Source of the DNA: Hemiscyllium ocellatum
Taxonomy: Eukaryota
Length of the DNA: 64,000 nucleotides
Assembly: GCF_020745735.1 (NCBI RefSeq)
Contig: NC_083417.1
Span: 59,582,001-59,646,000 of the forward strand
Direction of reading: 5' to 3'
Shown: piece after piece, positions 53,306 through 64,000 of the stretch
Position numbering within the stretch: position 1 is the stretch's first letter
How the letters are laid out: the number at the start of each line of letters is the position of its first letter
Notes under the pieces: generated by a model
Told to the model about the DNA's origin: nothing
Seen by the model: the letters and a program-made list of their open reading frames with translations, nothing else
Database searches by the model: none
Translations under genes and position numbers: made by a program

Positions 53306-53995
53306 AGCTTGAAAAGAAAATCTCACTGCCTTTTCTCTGCTTTTTTTTACATTTCGTGTCAGCTTGGGGCAACGCATTTCAGCCTCGAAGTTAGAAGTGT
53401 GCTGGATCAAGTCCCATCTTTAAGTAATCTAGACGGAGACTCAGTTACAGAACTGATGGCATGCTACACTGCCAGAGGTACTCCCTCTCCCACTGAAACA
53501 TTCAACTGTCCAGAAGACAAACGAGTTGTACTGGAGTAGAAACGCTAACCGTGTTCTTCTCTCCGCAGATGCTGATTTGTTCTGTCACTTGCTGTTTTTT
53601 TTATTTTAGATATCCAGCAGTTGCTTGCATTAAAATAACATATCCGTGTAAATTTGTGGTTTATGGACTTACTTGCTCCTGTGGACAAAGTCTGCTGACT
53701 GCACTGTCAAGGTAATTCACTCACTGTGAGAATGAGAAACCTCTCCATGCTGCACTGGAACAATTTTGACTCTATGAAGCGTTTCAAGTATGCAATTTCT
53801 TGCCTTCCTACTTTCCTCCTTCATTTTCACTCCTCCCCTCCTCTGCAAACCAATTTCTTGTCTGCCTTCTCAGAACCTCAGGCAGGATTTGGAAAAGGTG
53901 CAAAGCCCATTCGCCTTTCCCTCCTCTTTTTGCCCCACTTGTGTTTCTTTCTCTCCCTATGTTTTTGTGTTGACGGTCCCCTTGCATTTTCCTAC

Positions 53996-54150
53996 CTGTG
54001 TCTCCCGGTGAGGGGCCGGGAGGACTGGGCGCTGGGAATGACCGTCTGCAGCGCAGCTCCGCGGGCCGCCGCCTGAGGACCAGCCGCAAGTGAAACCTCC
54101 AAGCCGGCAGGGGGCGCACGAGAGCGCAGGCCGAGCCCGCTCCACGCGTG
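53996..54150 (-). other. FBXL8: Putative non-coding first exon of FBXL8
   Basis: GC/CpG-rich segment ending in minus-strand donor CAG|GTAGGA at 53996/53995; nearest CpG island upstream of the F-box exon. 5' end is a guess. Confidence 0.5.
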
Positions 54151-54600
54151 CGCCCAATATCGGTCCCACAACGCAGCGCGGCGGCCTTTGGGGAAGGTAG
54201 GGGGAAGCATTGAGCGGTTTCTGAGCCGCTTTGCATTGTGGTTGCACCGCCCTTCCATGACTGTATCTGTTAACCTGCTGAGGTGAAAAACCTCAGGCCA
54301 TTTCCTGCTCAGGTATTTCGAATGCCAAAGTGTAAGATCGCCCCAATCCACTTATTGAACTTGCCAAGGGGACTGACGGCTCCCAAATAGCCTCTCGTAC
54401 GAATATGAGACGACAAAGCGGAACGGGAGTCACGTTGTCAGAGTGACTGAAGTGCGCAGGAGCAAAAATAATGTGACGTTAGGCGGAAGTGCGCCGGGCA
54501 GACAGTGAGGAGCTCGCGGTAGGTAACTGGGGGGTAACCGGCTGACCTGGGGGGGGGATGGTGGTGGGGTAACCTAGCAACCAGTTCCTTCGGTACCGAC
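54000..54600. promoter_or_regulatory. CpG-rich bidirectional promoter
   Basis: Strongest CpG cluster in the window. ETS/GABP-type GGCGGAAGTG (54482-54491), CRE-like TGACGT (54474-54479), CCAAT (~54154, ~54343), NRF1-like CGCGTGCGC (~54145); outward-facing splice donors on both sides. Confidence 0.7.
54480..54522 (+). other. Putative non-coding first exon of a divergent gene (TRADD expected by synteny)
   Basis: Candidate donors CG|GTAGGT (54519) and AG|GTAACT (54523) just downstream of the ETS motif. TRADD is head-to-head with FBXL8 in mammals; no TRADD coding exon was found in the window. Confidence 0.4.
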
Positions 54601-54829
54601 TCCTCCTCTCGGTTTGAGCAAAATCGTTCACTCGTTTCGAACGGCAAGGAACTAGAAAATGGCGAGACAGCCACTGGGGGAGGGGGATGTACCTGATGTT
54701 TTGTACTTTTCACTGTCACCAGTTCCCAGTATTTACCTCCGGGGTAGGGTGGTGCAATGAAGGAGAGCTTTCGTCTTTTCTGTCTAATTTAGTGGATACT
54801 GTGTAAGAATACCGTGTAAGATACTGTGT

Positions 54830-57827
54830 AAGAGGGGAGAGTGGCATTTTTGATAAGGGATAGCATTGCAGCTGTGCTGAGGGAGAGTATTCCCGGAAAT
54901 ACATCCAGGCAAGTTATTTGGGTGGAACTGAGAAATAAGAAAGGGATGATCACCTTATTGGGGATTGTATTATAGACCCCCACCCCCCCTCAATAGTCAG
55001 AGGGAAATTGAGAAACAAATTTGTCAGGAGATCTCAGCTTTCTGTAAGAATAATAGGGTGGTTATGGTAGGGGATTTTAACTTTCCAAACATAGACTGGG
55101 ATTGCCATAATTTTAAATGTTTAGATGGAGAGGAATTTCTTCAGTGTGTACAAGACAATTTTCTGATTCAGTATGTGGATGTACCTACTAGAGAAAAAAC
55201 TTGAACCTACTCTTGGGAAATAAGGCAAGGAAGGTGACTGAGGTGTCAATGGGGGAGCACTTTGGGGCCAGCGACCATAATTCTATTCGTTTTAAGATAG
55301 TGATGAAAAAGGATAGACCAGATATAAAAGTTGAAGTTCTAAATTGGAGAAAGGCCAATTTTGACGGTATTAGGCAAGAACTTTCAAAAGCTGATTGGAG
55401 GCAGATGTTCACAGATAAAGGGATGGCTGGAAAATGGGAAGCCTTCAAAAATGAGATAACAAGAATCCAGAGAAAGTATATTCCTATCAGGGTGAAAACG
55501 AAGGCTGGTAGGTATAGGGAATGCTGGATGACTAAAGAAATTGAGGGTTTGGTTAAGAAAAAGAAGGAAGCATATGTAAGGTATAGACAGGATAGATCGA
55601 GTGAATACTGAGAAGAGTACAAAGGAAGTAGGAGTATACTTGAGGGAAATCAGGAGGGCAAAAAAGGGGACATGGGATAATGTTGGCAAATAGAATTAAG
55701 GAGAATCCAAAGGGTTTTTACAAATATATTAAGGACAAAAGGGTAACTAGGGAGAGTATAGGGCCTCTCAAAGATCAGCAAGACGGTCTTTGTGTGGAGC
55801 CACAGAAAATGGGGGAGATATTAAATGAATATTTTGCATCAGTATTTACTGTGGAAAAGGATATGGAAGATATAAACTGTTGGGAAATAGATGGTGACAT
55901 CTTGCAAAATGTCCTTATTACAGAGGAGGTAGTTCTGGATGTCTTGAAACAGTTAAAGGTGGATAAATCCTCAGGACCTGATCAGGTGTACCCGAGAACT
56001 CTGTGGGGAGCTGGAGAAGTGATTGCTGGGCCTCTTACTGAGATATTTGATTCATCGATAGTCACAGGTGAGGTGCCAGAAGACTGGAGGTTGGCAAACG
56101 TGGTGCCACTGTTTAAGAAGGGCAGTAAAGACAAGCCAGGGAACTATAGACCAGTGAGTCTGACCTCGGTGGTGGGCAAGTTTTTTTTTAGATTAGACTT
56201 ACAGTGTGGAAACAGGCCCTTCGGCCCAACAAGTCCACACCGACCCGCCGAAGCGCAACCCACCCTTACCCCTACATTTACCCCTTACCTAACACTACGG
56301 GCAATTTAGCTTGGCCAATTCACCTGACCCGCACATCTTTGGACTGTGGGAGGAAACCGGAGCACCCGGAGGAAACCCACGCAGACACGGGGAGAACGTG
56401 CAAACTCCACACAGTCAGTCGCCTGAGTCGGGAATTGAACCCGGGTCTACAGGCGCTGTGAGGCAGCAGTGCTAACCACTGTGCCACCGTGCCGCCCACG
56501 AGTTGTTGGAGGGAATCCTGAGGGACAGGATGTACATGAATTTGGAAAGGCAAGGACTGATTCGGGATAGTCAACATGGCTTTGTGCATAGGAAATCATG
56601 TCTCACAAACCTGATTGAGTTTTTTGAAGAAGTAACAAAGAAGATTGATGAGGGCAGAGCAGTAGATGTGATCTATATGGACTTCAGTAAGGCATTCGGC
56701 ATGTTTCCCCATGGGAGACTGATTAGCAAGGTTAGATCTGATGGAATACAGGGAGAACTAGTGATTTGGATACAGAACTGGCTCAAAGGTAGAAGACAGA
56801 GGGTAGTGGTGGAGGGTTGTTTTTCAGACTGGAGGCCCGTGACCAGTGGAGTGCCACAAGGATCGGTGCTGGGCCCTCTATTTTTTGTCATTTACATAAA
56901 TGATTTGGATGCAAGCATAAGAGGTACAGTTAGTAAGTTTGTAGATGACAGCAAAAGTGGAGGTGTAGTGGGCAGCAAAGAGGGTTACCTCATATTAAAA
57001 CAGGATCTGGACCAGATGGGCCAATGGGCTGAGAAGTGGCAGATGGAGTTTAATTCAGATAAATGTGGGCTGCTGCATTTTGGGAAAGCAAATCTTAGCA
57101 GGACTTATACATTTAATGGTAAGGTCCTAGAGAGTGTTTCATATTTCCTTGAAAGTGGAGTCGCAGTTAGATAGGATAGTGAAGAAGGCGTTTGGTATGC
57201 TTTCCTTTATTGGTCAGAGTATTGAGTACAGGAGTTGGGAGGTCATGGTGTGTCTGTACAGGACATTAGTTAGGTCACTGTTGGAATATTGTGTGCAATT
57301 CTGGTCTCCTTCTTGTCTGAAAGATGTTGTGAAACTTAAAAGGATTCAAATAAGATTTACAAGGATGTTGCCAGGGTTGGAGCATCTGAGCTACAGGGAG
57401 AGGCTGAACAGGCTGGGGCTGTTTTGCCTGGAGCATCGGAGACTGAGGGGTGACCTTATAGAGTTTTACAAAATCACGAGGTGCATGGATTGGATAAATA
57501 ACAAAGTCTTTTCCCTGGGGTCAGGGAGTCCAGAACTAGAGGGCATAGGTTTACGGTGAGAGGGGAAAGATATAAAAGAGACCCAGGGGGCAACCTTTTC
57601 AGAGAGTGGTACGTGTATGGAATGAGCTGCCAGAGGTTGTGGTGAAGGCTGTTACAATTGCAACATTTAAGAGGCATTTGGCTGGGTATATGAATAGGAA
57701 GGGTTTGGAGGGATATGGGTTAGGTGCTGGCAGGTGAGACTTAATTGGGTTGGGATATCTCGTTGGCATGGATAGGTTGGACTGAAGGGTCTGCTTCCAT
57801 GCTGTACATCTCTATGATTCTATGATT
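54830..57827 (+). mobile_element. CR1-clade LINE, 5'-truncated ORF2 (partial APE endonuclease + RT), disrupted
   Basis: ORFs with VMVGDFNFPNIDW, SDHNSI, PGNYRPVSLTS, GVPQGSVLGP, KFVDD; (TCTATGAT)n-like tail; SINE inserted at ~56188-56499. Confidence 0.93.
56188..56499 (-). mobile_element. HE1-type SINE, full length, inserted in CR1
   Basis: Near-identical reverse complement of 49250-49568; splits CR1 GKLLEGIL with a short AGTT duplication. Confidence 0.92.
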
Positions 57828-60519
57828 AATAGTTTGTGCTCACTGTTACATTTTAATTCAATATCTGGCTTCATTATCTCAGAATCATTAAGTGTTCGAT
57901 TCTTAAAGGTTTGTGTCACTTTTTGAAAGGAGTGGTTTGAATCTATCTTCACTGTGTCTCAGAAACATTCTACAGTCTTCGCTTTGTAATGCAATTACCT
58001 GTGCAGAAAATTGTCAGCCATTTTGCACACCGTTGTGTCCCATGAACAGCAATGAGAGAAATGTCTGTTATCTGTTCATTTTTGGTGAAGAGAAGAATGT
58101 TGGTTAAACATGAATGCACTTGGTGTATAGATTAGTACCATTGCACCTTTAGTATCCACTGAGGAGATATGAGGTGATTAGTAACTTAACTAAAGGAAGG
58201 CACTACTGACAAGGTAGTGTAGCTTCAGTATTGAACTGAAATGTCAAATCAGATTATGTGCTCAAGTCCTGGAGTGGAACTTAATGGATAATATTTCAAA
58301 GAAGTCTGAGAATTGACAACTGAGTCAACTTAAAAATGACGGAGTTGACGAGAAACAAAATATTGCAGATGCTGGAGATCTGAAAGAGAAAAATATGGTA
58401 GCATCTGTAGAGAGAGAAATAGTTAATGTTTCAAGATCAATATGACTCCTTTCATCTGGCATGTTGTTTGTTGGCTTACAGGGTGAATAGAGAGTGGTAA
58501 AATGCAGACTTGTTTCATCTTGACACCAGTGCATCTTTAATCTTGCCTAGTCAAGTGGAGGTCAGTAGAAATGTTACCGACACAGTTGTTACGAAATATT
58601 GCAGATGCTACCCTAGTAGCTCATTCACTGTAGCTTGGGTAGAGACTACTTTTCACACAAGGTGTTTGGAGTTAAAATGTAGATAACACCCAAAAGTGAG
58701 ATTGTGATTTCAGAGTCATTATTTATTGTCCATGACGGTACTGGTCCAAAAGTACTCGACAAATTCCTTTGGAGGGAGATGCTTTCAGGACTGATTGGCT
58801 TATATTAGTTCATATAGTTAATTGCAAATTAAATTGTTTATTTAAACATGTCTGCACTTGTCGATTGGTTTACTCACTATCAGGATATGAGAAAGATTGC
58901 TGTCTGATCATTCATGTCCTGAAAGAATGCGAACAAACCCATTTTTTTGCTTGATGTACAAATTTACTTTTTTATTGTCTATCCAGTTAAATACTAACTC
59001 ACTGGGTGCCATAAGTTGGAAATGCTGTAAGATTAGCTTTTCTATATAATTTGCAAGCTCTTCATTTGGTACCTGAATTGGGAGTCCACTGACCCTGAGA
59101 CTGTCTAAGCATCAAGAAAACAGGTTCACCACTTTCAAAATTATGTACTGGTCAACAGTAGGATCAAAAACAAAAGAGGCAACATGGACATTTGTGGAGC
59201 CCATGGTCAAAACCTTTTCACAAATTACCTTGAAGGTCATGAGCCAATGCTAATTTGATAGGCGAAAGTGATGTCTGCAGATGCTGGAGATCAGAGCTGA
59301 AAATGAAGGGCTCATGCCCAAAACTTTGATTCTCCTGCTCCTTGGATGCAGCCTGACCTGCTGCGCTTTTCCAGCAACACACTTTCAATGCTGATTTGAC
59401 ATCCATTTGCAAAGGGGATCTCTCTGACTCTGTTTGAAATTATTTTGTGAAGGACAGACCTGCTTTGACAATAACAATTAGTATTAGAATCTGGAGATAT
59501 TTTCCTGCCCACATGATTTGATGTTTCTCATGGAAAAGTTATTCACCCATAAAAGAAGATGTACATATTGTGGCACATTGGGTAGTGATGCTACCTCTGA
59601 ACCAGAAGCTACAGGTTTGTGTCACTCGTAGACCTGATGGCAAAGGAAAGTGCACTCACAATCTGACAAAAATAGGTTGAACATCAACTGATGAATCCTT
59701 CCATCACATGCCAATGACATACCGTAACACTGGAAGTGATTCCTGGTAAGCTATATACGATGGGAGCTTCTACTATGATTGTCCATAGCTCCAGACTACA
59801 ACATACGTGTAAAAGTGCACATTGCCATGACAGCTCAGAATCCTTGGCGCTCAGTTGGCTTCATGGTCAGATTAGTACCAACAGTTTGGAGTTAAATTCC
59901 CGCATCATCGAATACTGCCCTCCAAGGCAATTCTCACGCAGCCTACTTGATTTACACCAGAGCTCAGAGTTTGATTTCCCACTTGGGCTGTACTGGATTC
60001 TAGACAGATCTCATTATCCTGTGTGTGGCAGAGGTTGTTTTGCTGTGGATCAAAAATGCCTTTGGACAGAGAACTGAAGAAAAATGGAAAGTATAATTTT
60101 ATGTTGTTTGTAGAGAGCTCGGAATGAATGTTTGAGGGGTTTTCAATTCAGGGTGCCAAATAATAATGTGTCATTCTATTGGTCCAGCAGCCACTTGGAC
60201 AGCTGGGAAATACAGCCAATGTTTCTCCACTATTTTGAGTCCAAGGTATCATTATTTTGAACTAATGGCAAGCAAAGACAGAACAGATAGAGAACTGATG
60301 TGTGTATAATTGGGCCTTTTCCAAAGTGTTATAAAACTAATTACTCGATTTGCCACTCTCAACAAGAGGTCAATTTAAATGAAATATTTGATGTCATTTG
60401 TGATGACAATGGTTGTGAACTAAGTCCACATAACCAAATGAACCATTGTTCAGACAAGCTGGTACGTAGCAGCAAGCAATGGGTTTAGTTCCATCCTCAT
60501 ACTCTGGCATTTATACCAA

Positions 60520-60845
60520 GAATCTGTCTGGGTCTTGCTGCTTTTCGCCTTGGACTGCTTCAATATCTGAGGAGTTATGAATGATGCTGAACATTGTGCA
60601 GTTCGAAGAACATCCTACTTCTGACCTTATGATTGAGGGAGGGTCACTGAAGCAATTGAAGGTGGTTGGGCTAAGACACTAACCTGAGAAACACCTGCAA
60701 AGATGTCCTGGAATTGAGAGGGTAGACCTACAACAACTTCAACCATCTTTTGTGTTTGATATATGATTCAACCAGCAGAGAGATTTGCCCCTAAGTCTTA
60801 CTGATTTCAGTTGCCACAGTTGGCCAACTGCCGCCTTTACCAAGG
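60520..60845 (-). mobile_element. LINE RT fragment (L2/CR1 superfamily)
   Basis: Minus-strand SVLAQPPSIASVTLP...SEVGCS region similar to the RT core of the second LINE family. Confidence 0.5.
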
Positions 60846-62317
60846 CAAAATATGTTTTTCCCTTTCACTTGAAGTTGAATTAAATTTAAATGTTATGAAT
60901 TCAAGCAGATAAAATGTGTGGAAAACACAATGTGGCTTATGGTTTAGTTTCTGTAATGGTTTAGTTACACAGTTCACAGCAAAGGATACAGAAGAGTCAT
61001 TACTCAGAAGCTGCAGTATTGCTTGGCATGCCCAATTGCCCTGGAGGAGGTGGTGATAAGCAGCTTCCTTGAACTGGGGCAGTCCTTGGGGCGTAGATGC
61101 ACCCCAATGCTCTTAAAAAGGCAACAGGAAAGAACTGGCAACTGTAACTAACCCCAAACATTATTACCGGGGAGAGTTGGCAGCTGGCCAGGCTGAAACT
61201 CTGCTCGGCTTCTTCACCATGCCTCCTGACATAGGATACCTCCCACAGTGTTATTCTTCGAAGTTCTGCTGAACAAAGCATTTTTCTCAGGCTCGTTATA
61301 CATAGGTCTCTGCCCCAGGTGTATGCCTTATTTGGAATTGTCTGTGCATGTGACCAATCCCAAATATTTTGTCCAAATGTATGCCTTATTTGGTAAAGAC
61401 AACAGTTATTGATTTCCTGCCATCTTGGCTTTTAGCAGACCTGAATGACTCCGTGTATTTCCACTCACATAATAGCCCATTGTGAAATCTTTTATCAGTT
61501 TCTGTTACCTTTGGCCTTATCCAACATCTTCCTCCTTTTTACCTGAGGATCATCCCTATTGGGTTTACTATATCTTAGAGACAGTGGTAAACTTTGCCTC
61601 CTTAAGTTATTACGTTTGTGTTATTTTAAATGCCATTTAGGTTATTGTACGTATCAAACCATAGTCATAAATGTAAAGAAAGTTTACAATCAGTTTATAA
61701 TATCTTATTCATTTTCCTTTTGTTCTGTAGCAAACACACATTATTAAATGCTTTCTCCATTTTACAAAGTACGCATAATGTCAATACAAATGACAATGAA
61801 CGAATAGTTAAAAAAGATGCAATTAATTAGCTATACCTAGATTATTCTTACTCTGTAATCAGCAAACATTACAAAATCTCTTCCAAATGAATCATCTTTT
61901 GGTATCTGAGACCAATATCTGTTGTCAGTCCCTTCCATTTCTTAACTTTCCGTTTTAATAAACAAAGATGACTATTGCAACATTAACTATAAAAATTGCA
62001 GTACAACAATCACCCGAGATAATTCTGATACATGGATGGACCTGAGTGTTCAATCCCCAATCCCACATTTTATTCTAGAAACTTGGAGCCTGCAAGTTAC
62101 TATCTGCCTTTTCTGCATAAGTTTTATGCACAGCCCATTTATGGATAAATTGCTTTGCCTTGAAAATGATCTTCACCCAGTCTGCTGTGAAGTTTGGAAT
62201 GGATGGAAGTTCCATTGCTATAAATTTTCATCTATATCATTTTGATGGATGGATCAAATTATGCACAATTTCTCATCGGTTTCTGGCTTAAACAGAATTT
62301 GACGGCTTATGGTTAAG

Positions 62318-63692
62318 TCGGAGGTGCGGGTGTTGACTGAGATATACAAAGTTAAACATCACACAACACCAGGTTATAGTCCAGCAGGTTTATTTCAAAG
62401 CACTAGCTTTCACAGCGCTGCTCCTTCACGTGGTTGTGGAGAATATGACCGCAAGACACAGAATTTATAGCAAAATTTTACAGTGTGATATCACTGAAAT
62501 GGTACATTGGGAAAGACCTAGATTGTTTGTTAAGTCTCTCATCTGTTAGAATGACTGTGTTGTTTCAGTTCTTTCATATGTAAATCCCAGAACTTTGTTT
62601 AAAATTACATCCTCAAGTGAACTTTAACAATAGGTGCCATGTTGGCCCAGATAAAGCATTGAAGGTGTGAGGTGCCCTGTATGAAGCTGTCTGTGCCCCA
62701 ATGTTCACAGTGATTCTATTTCTAAAAAAGGGATTTATAGAATCTTACATGGATTTGTGCAGTTTTGAGCAAAATAAAACTTAATTCTGCAAATACAAAT
62801 TCACCCCACGCGCTGTGTGGGAGTGGGTGGGTGGTGGTGGTGGTGGGGGAGGGGGAGGTGGGTAAGGTGAATGTGGGTGTGTATGTCTGAGCATATGAGA
62901 GAGAGTTTGTTTATGAGAGAGGGTCTGCGTAAGTATATGGATCTGTAGGAGTGTGTGTAGTGCAGTGGGGTCACCTGTTGTGTGACATGAACCCAAGGTC
63001 CTAGGTGAGGCCATCCCCATGGGTAATGAACTTGGCTATCAGCCTCTGCTCGGCCACTTTGCGTTGCTACCTGTCCTGAAGTCTGCCTTGGAGGTTGGTC
63101 ACTCGAAGGTCTGAGGTCAAATGTCCCGGATCACTGAATTATTCTCTGACTGGGAGGGGAACACTCCTGGCTGGTGATAGTTGTGCGGTGTCCATTCATC
63201 CATTGCCATAGCCTCTGCTTGGTCTCGCCAATGTGCCATGCCTCAGGGCATCCTTGCCTGTAGTGCATGAGATAATCAATGTTGGCCAAGTCACATGAGT
63301 ACCTGCTGCGTACGTGGTGGGTGGTATCTGTGTTGACACTCTGACACGTCTTGCAGCATCTGCTATGACAGGGTTGTATGGTGTTGTCCTGAAAGCTGGA
63401 CGGTTTACTGCAAACAATGATCTGTTTGAAGTTTTGTGGTTAAAAGCGAGAAGTGAAGGCATGGGGAAGGTCTTGGCTAAGACATGGTCATTCTAAAAGA
63501 TGAGAGACTTAACAAACAATCCAGATCTTTTTCGATATAATTTCAGTTGCATCACACTGGAAACTTTGCTATAAATTCTGTGTCTTATGATCTTATACTC
63601 CACAACCACCTGATGACAGAGCTGTGCTCGGAAAGCTCGTGCTTCCAAATAAACCTGTTGGACTATGACGTGGTGTTGTGTGATTTTTAACA
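62318..63692 (-). mobile_element. Penelope-like element: GIY-YIG endonuclease 3' fragment with inverted terminal (pLTR) repeat
   Basis: Minus-strand CCKTCQ...SCDLANIDYLMHYRQGCPEAWHIGETKQRLWQWMNGHR...AEQRLIAKFITHGDGL; 63493-63692 is the reverse complement of ~62350-62548. Confidence 0.85.
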
Positions 63693-64000
63693 CGGTTAAG
63701 TCAGAGATATTGCTGATCGTAAACCTAGATGGACAGAATGTGGCAATGTCCTTCCTTTTTTGATATCCTGAGGCTGCATGGCAACATTGTTGGTGTCTCC
63801 CCCTAAGGCATTTTCAAGAAAATGTTTTCTATCCTGCCAGTAGATAACCAATGAGCAGTTCTCATAAGACACACATCTATACTGAGTTAGCCCCTCTTTG
63901 ATCATTTCTTCCAAACATGCCCAGTGGTTTCCCCTTTGATGGCATTGGGACAAATCCATCCCACTTTTGGATCACACTAGAACTATGAGTTGGTGGGTTA

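Noticed and set aside
53726-54719. Overlapping ORFs across the CpG island
   Set aside because: Stop-poor GC-rich sequence with no recognisable protein.
61320-61393. 16-bp direct repeat TGTATGCCTTATTTGG as an array
   Set aside because: Only two copies in eukaryotic DNA; a minor local duplication, not CRISPR-like.
57830-64000. TRADD coding exons
   Set aside because: No recognisable TRADD peptide in the ORF track or by eye.

Overview
Vertebrate (elasmobranch/shark-type) genomic DNA, repeat-rich, containing part of the conserved TRADD-FBXL8-HSF4 neighbourhood. On the minus strand: the complete FBXL8 coding sequence (F-box exon 35989-36125 plus LRR exon 29169-30147, 371 aa), a probable non-coding first exon at a CpG-rich bidirectional promoter (~53996-54600), and the first two coding exons of HSF4 (16683-16778, 3792-3900); the rest of HSF4 runs off the left end. 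A divergent plus-strand gene (TRADD by synteny only) probably starts at ~54480-54522. The remainder is CR1/L2-type LINE fragments, about ten HE1-type tRNA-derived SINEs, Penelope-like elements with hammerhead motifs, a decayed Tigger transposon and an integrase relic. The most unusual feature is a decayed R2 retrotransposon outside rDNA (from ~21949). It begins with the 28S rRNA target-site leader and an HDV-like ribozyme, encodes three zinc fingers plus Myb, and lacks RT/endonuclease. Also notable: a ~460-bp inverted duplication that replaced the Tigger catalytic domain, and several short locally templated insertions. Family assignments rest on recalled motifs and manual alignment, not database searches; repeat boundaries are approximate.
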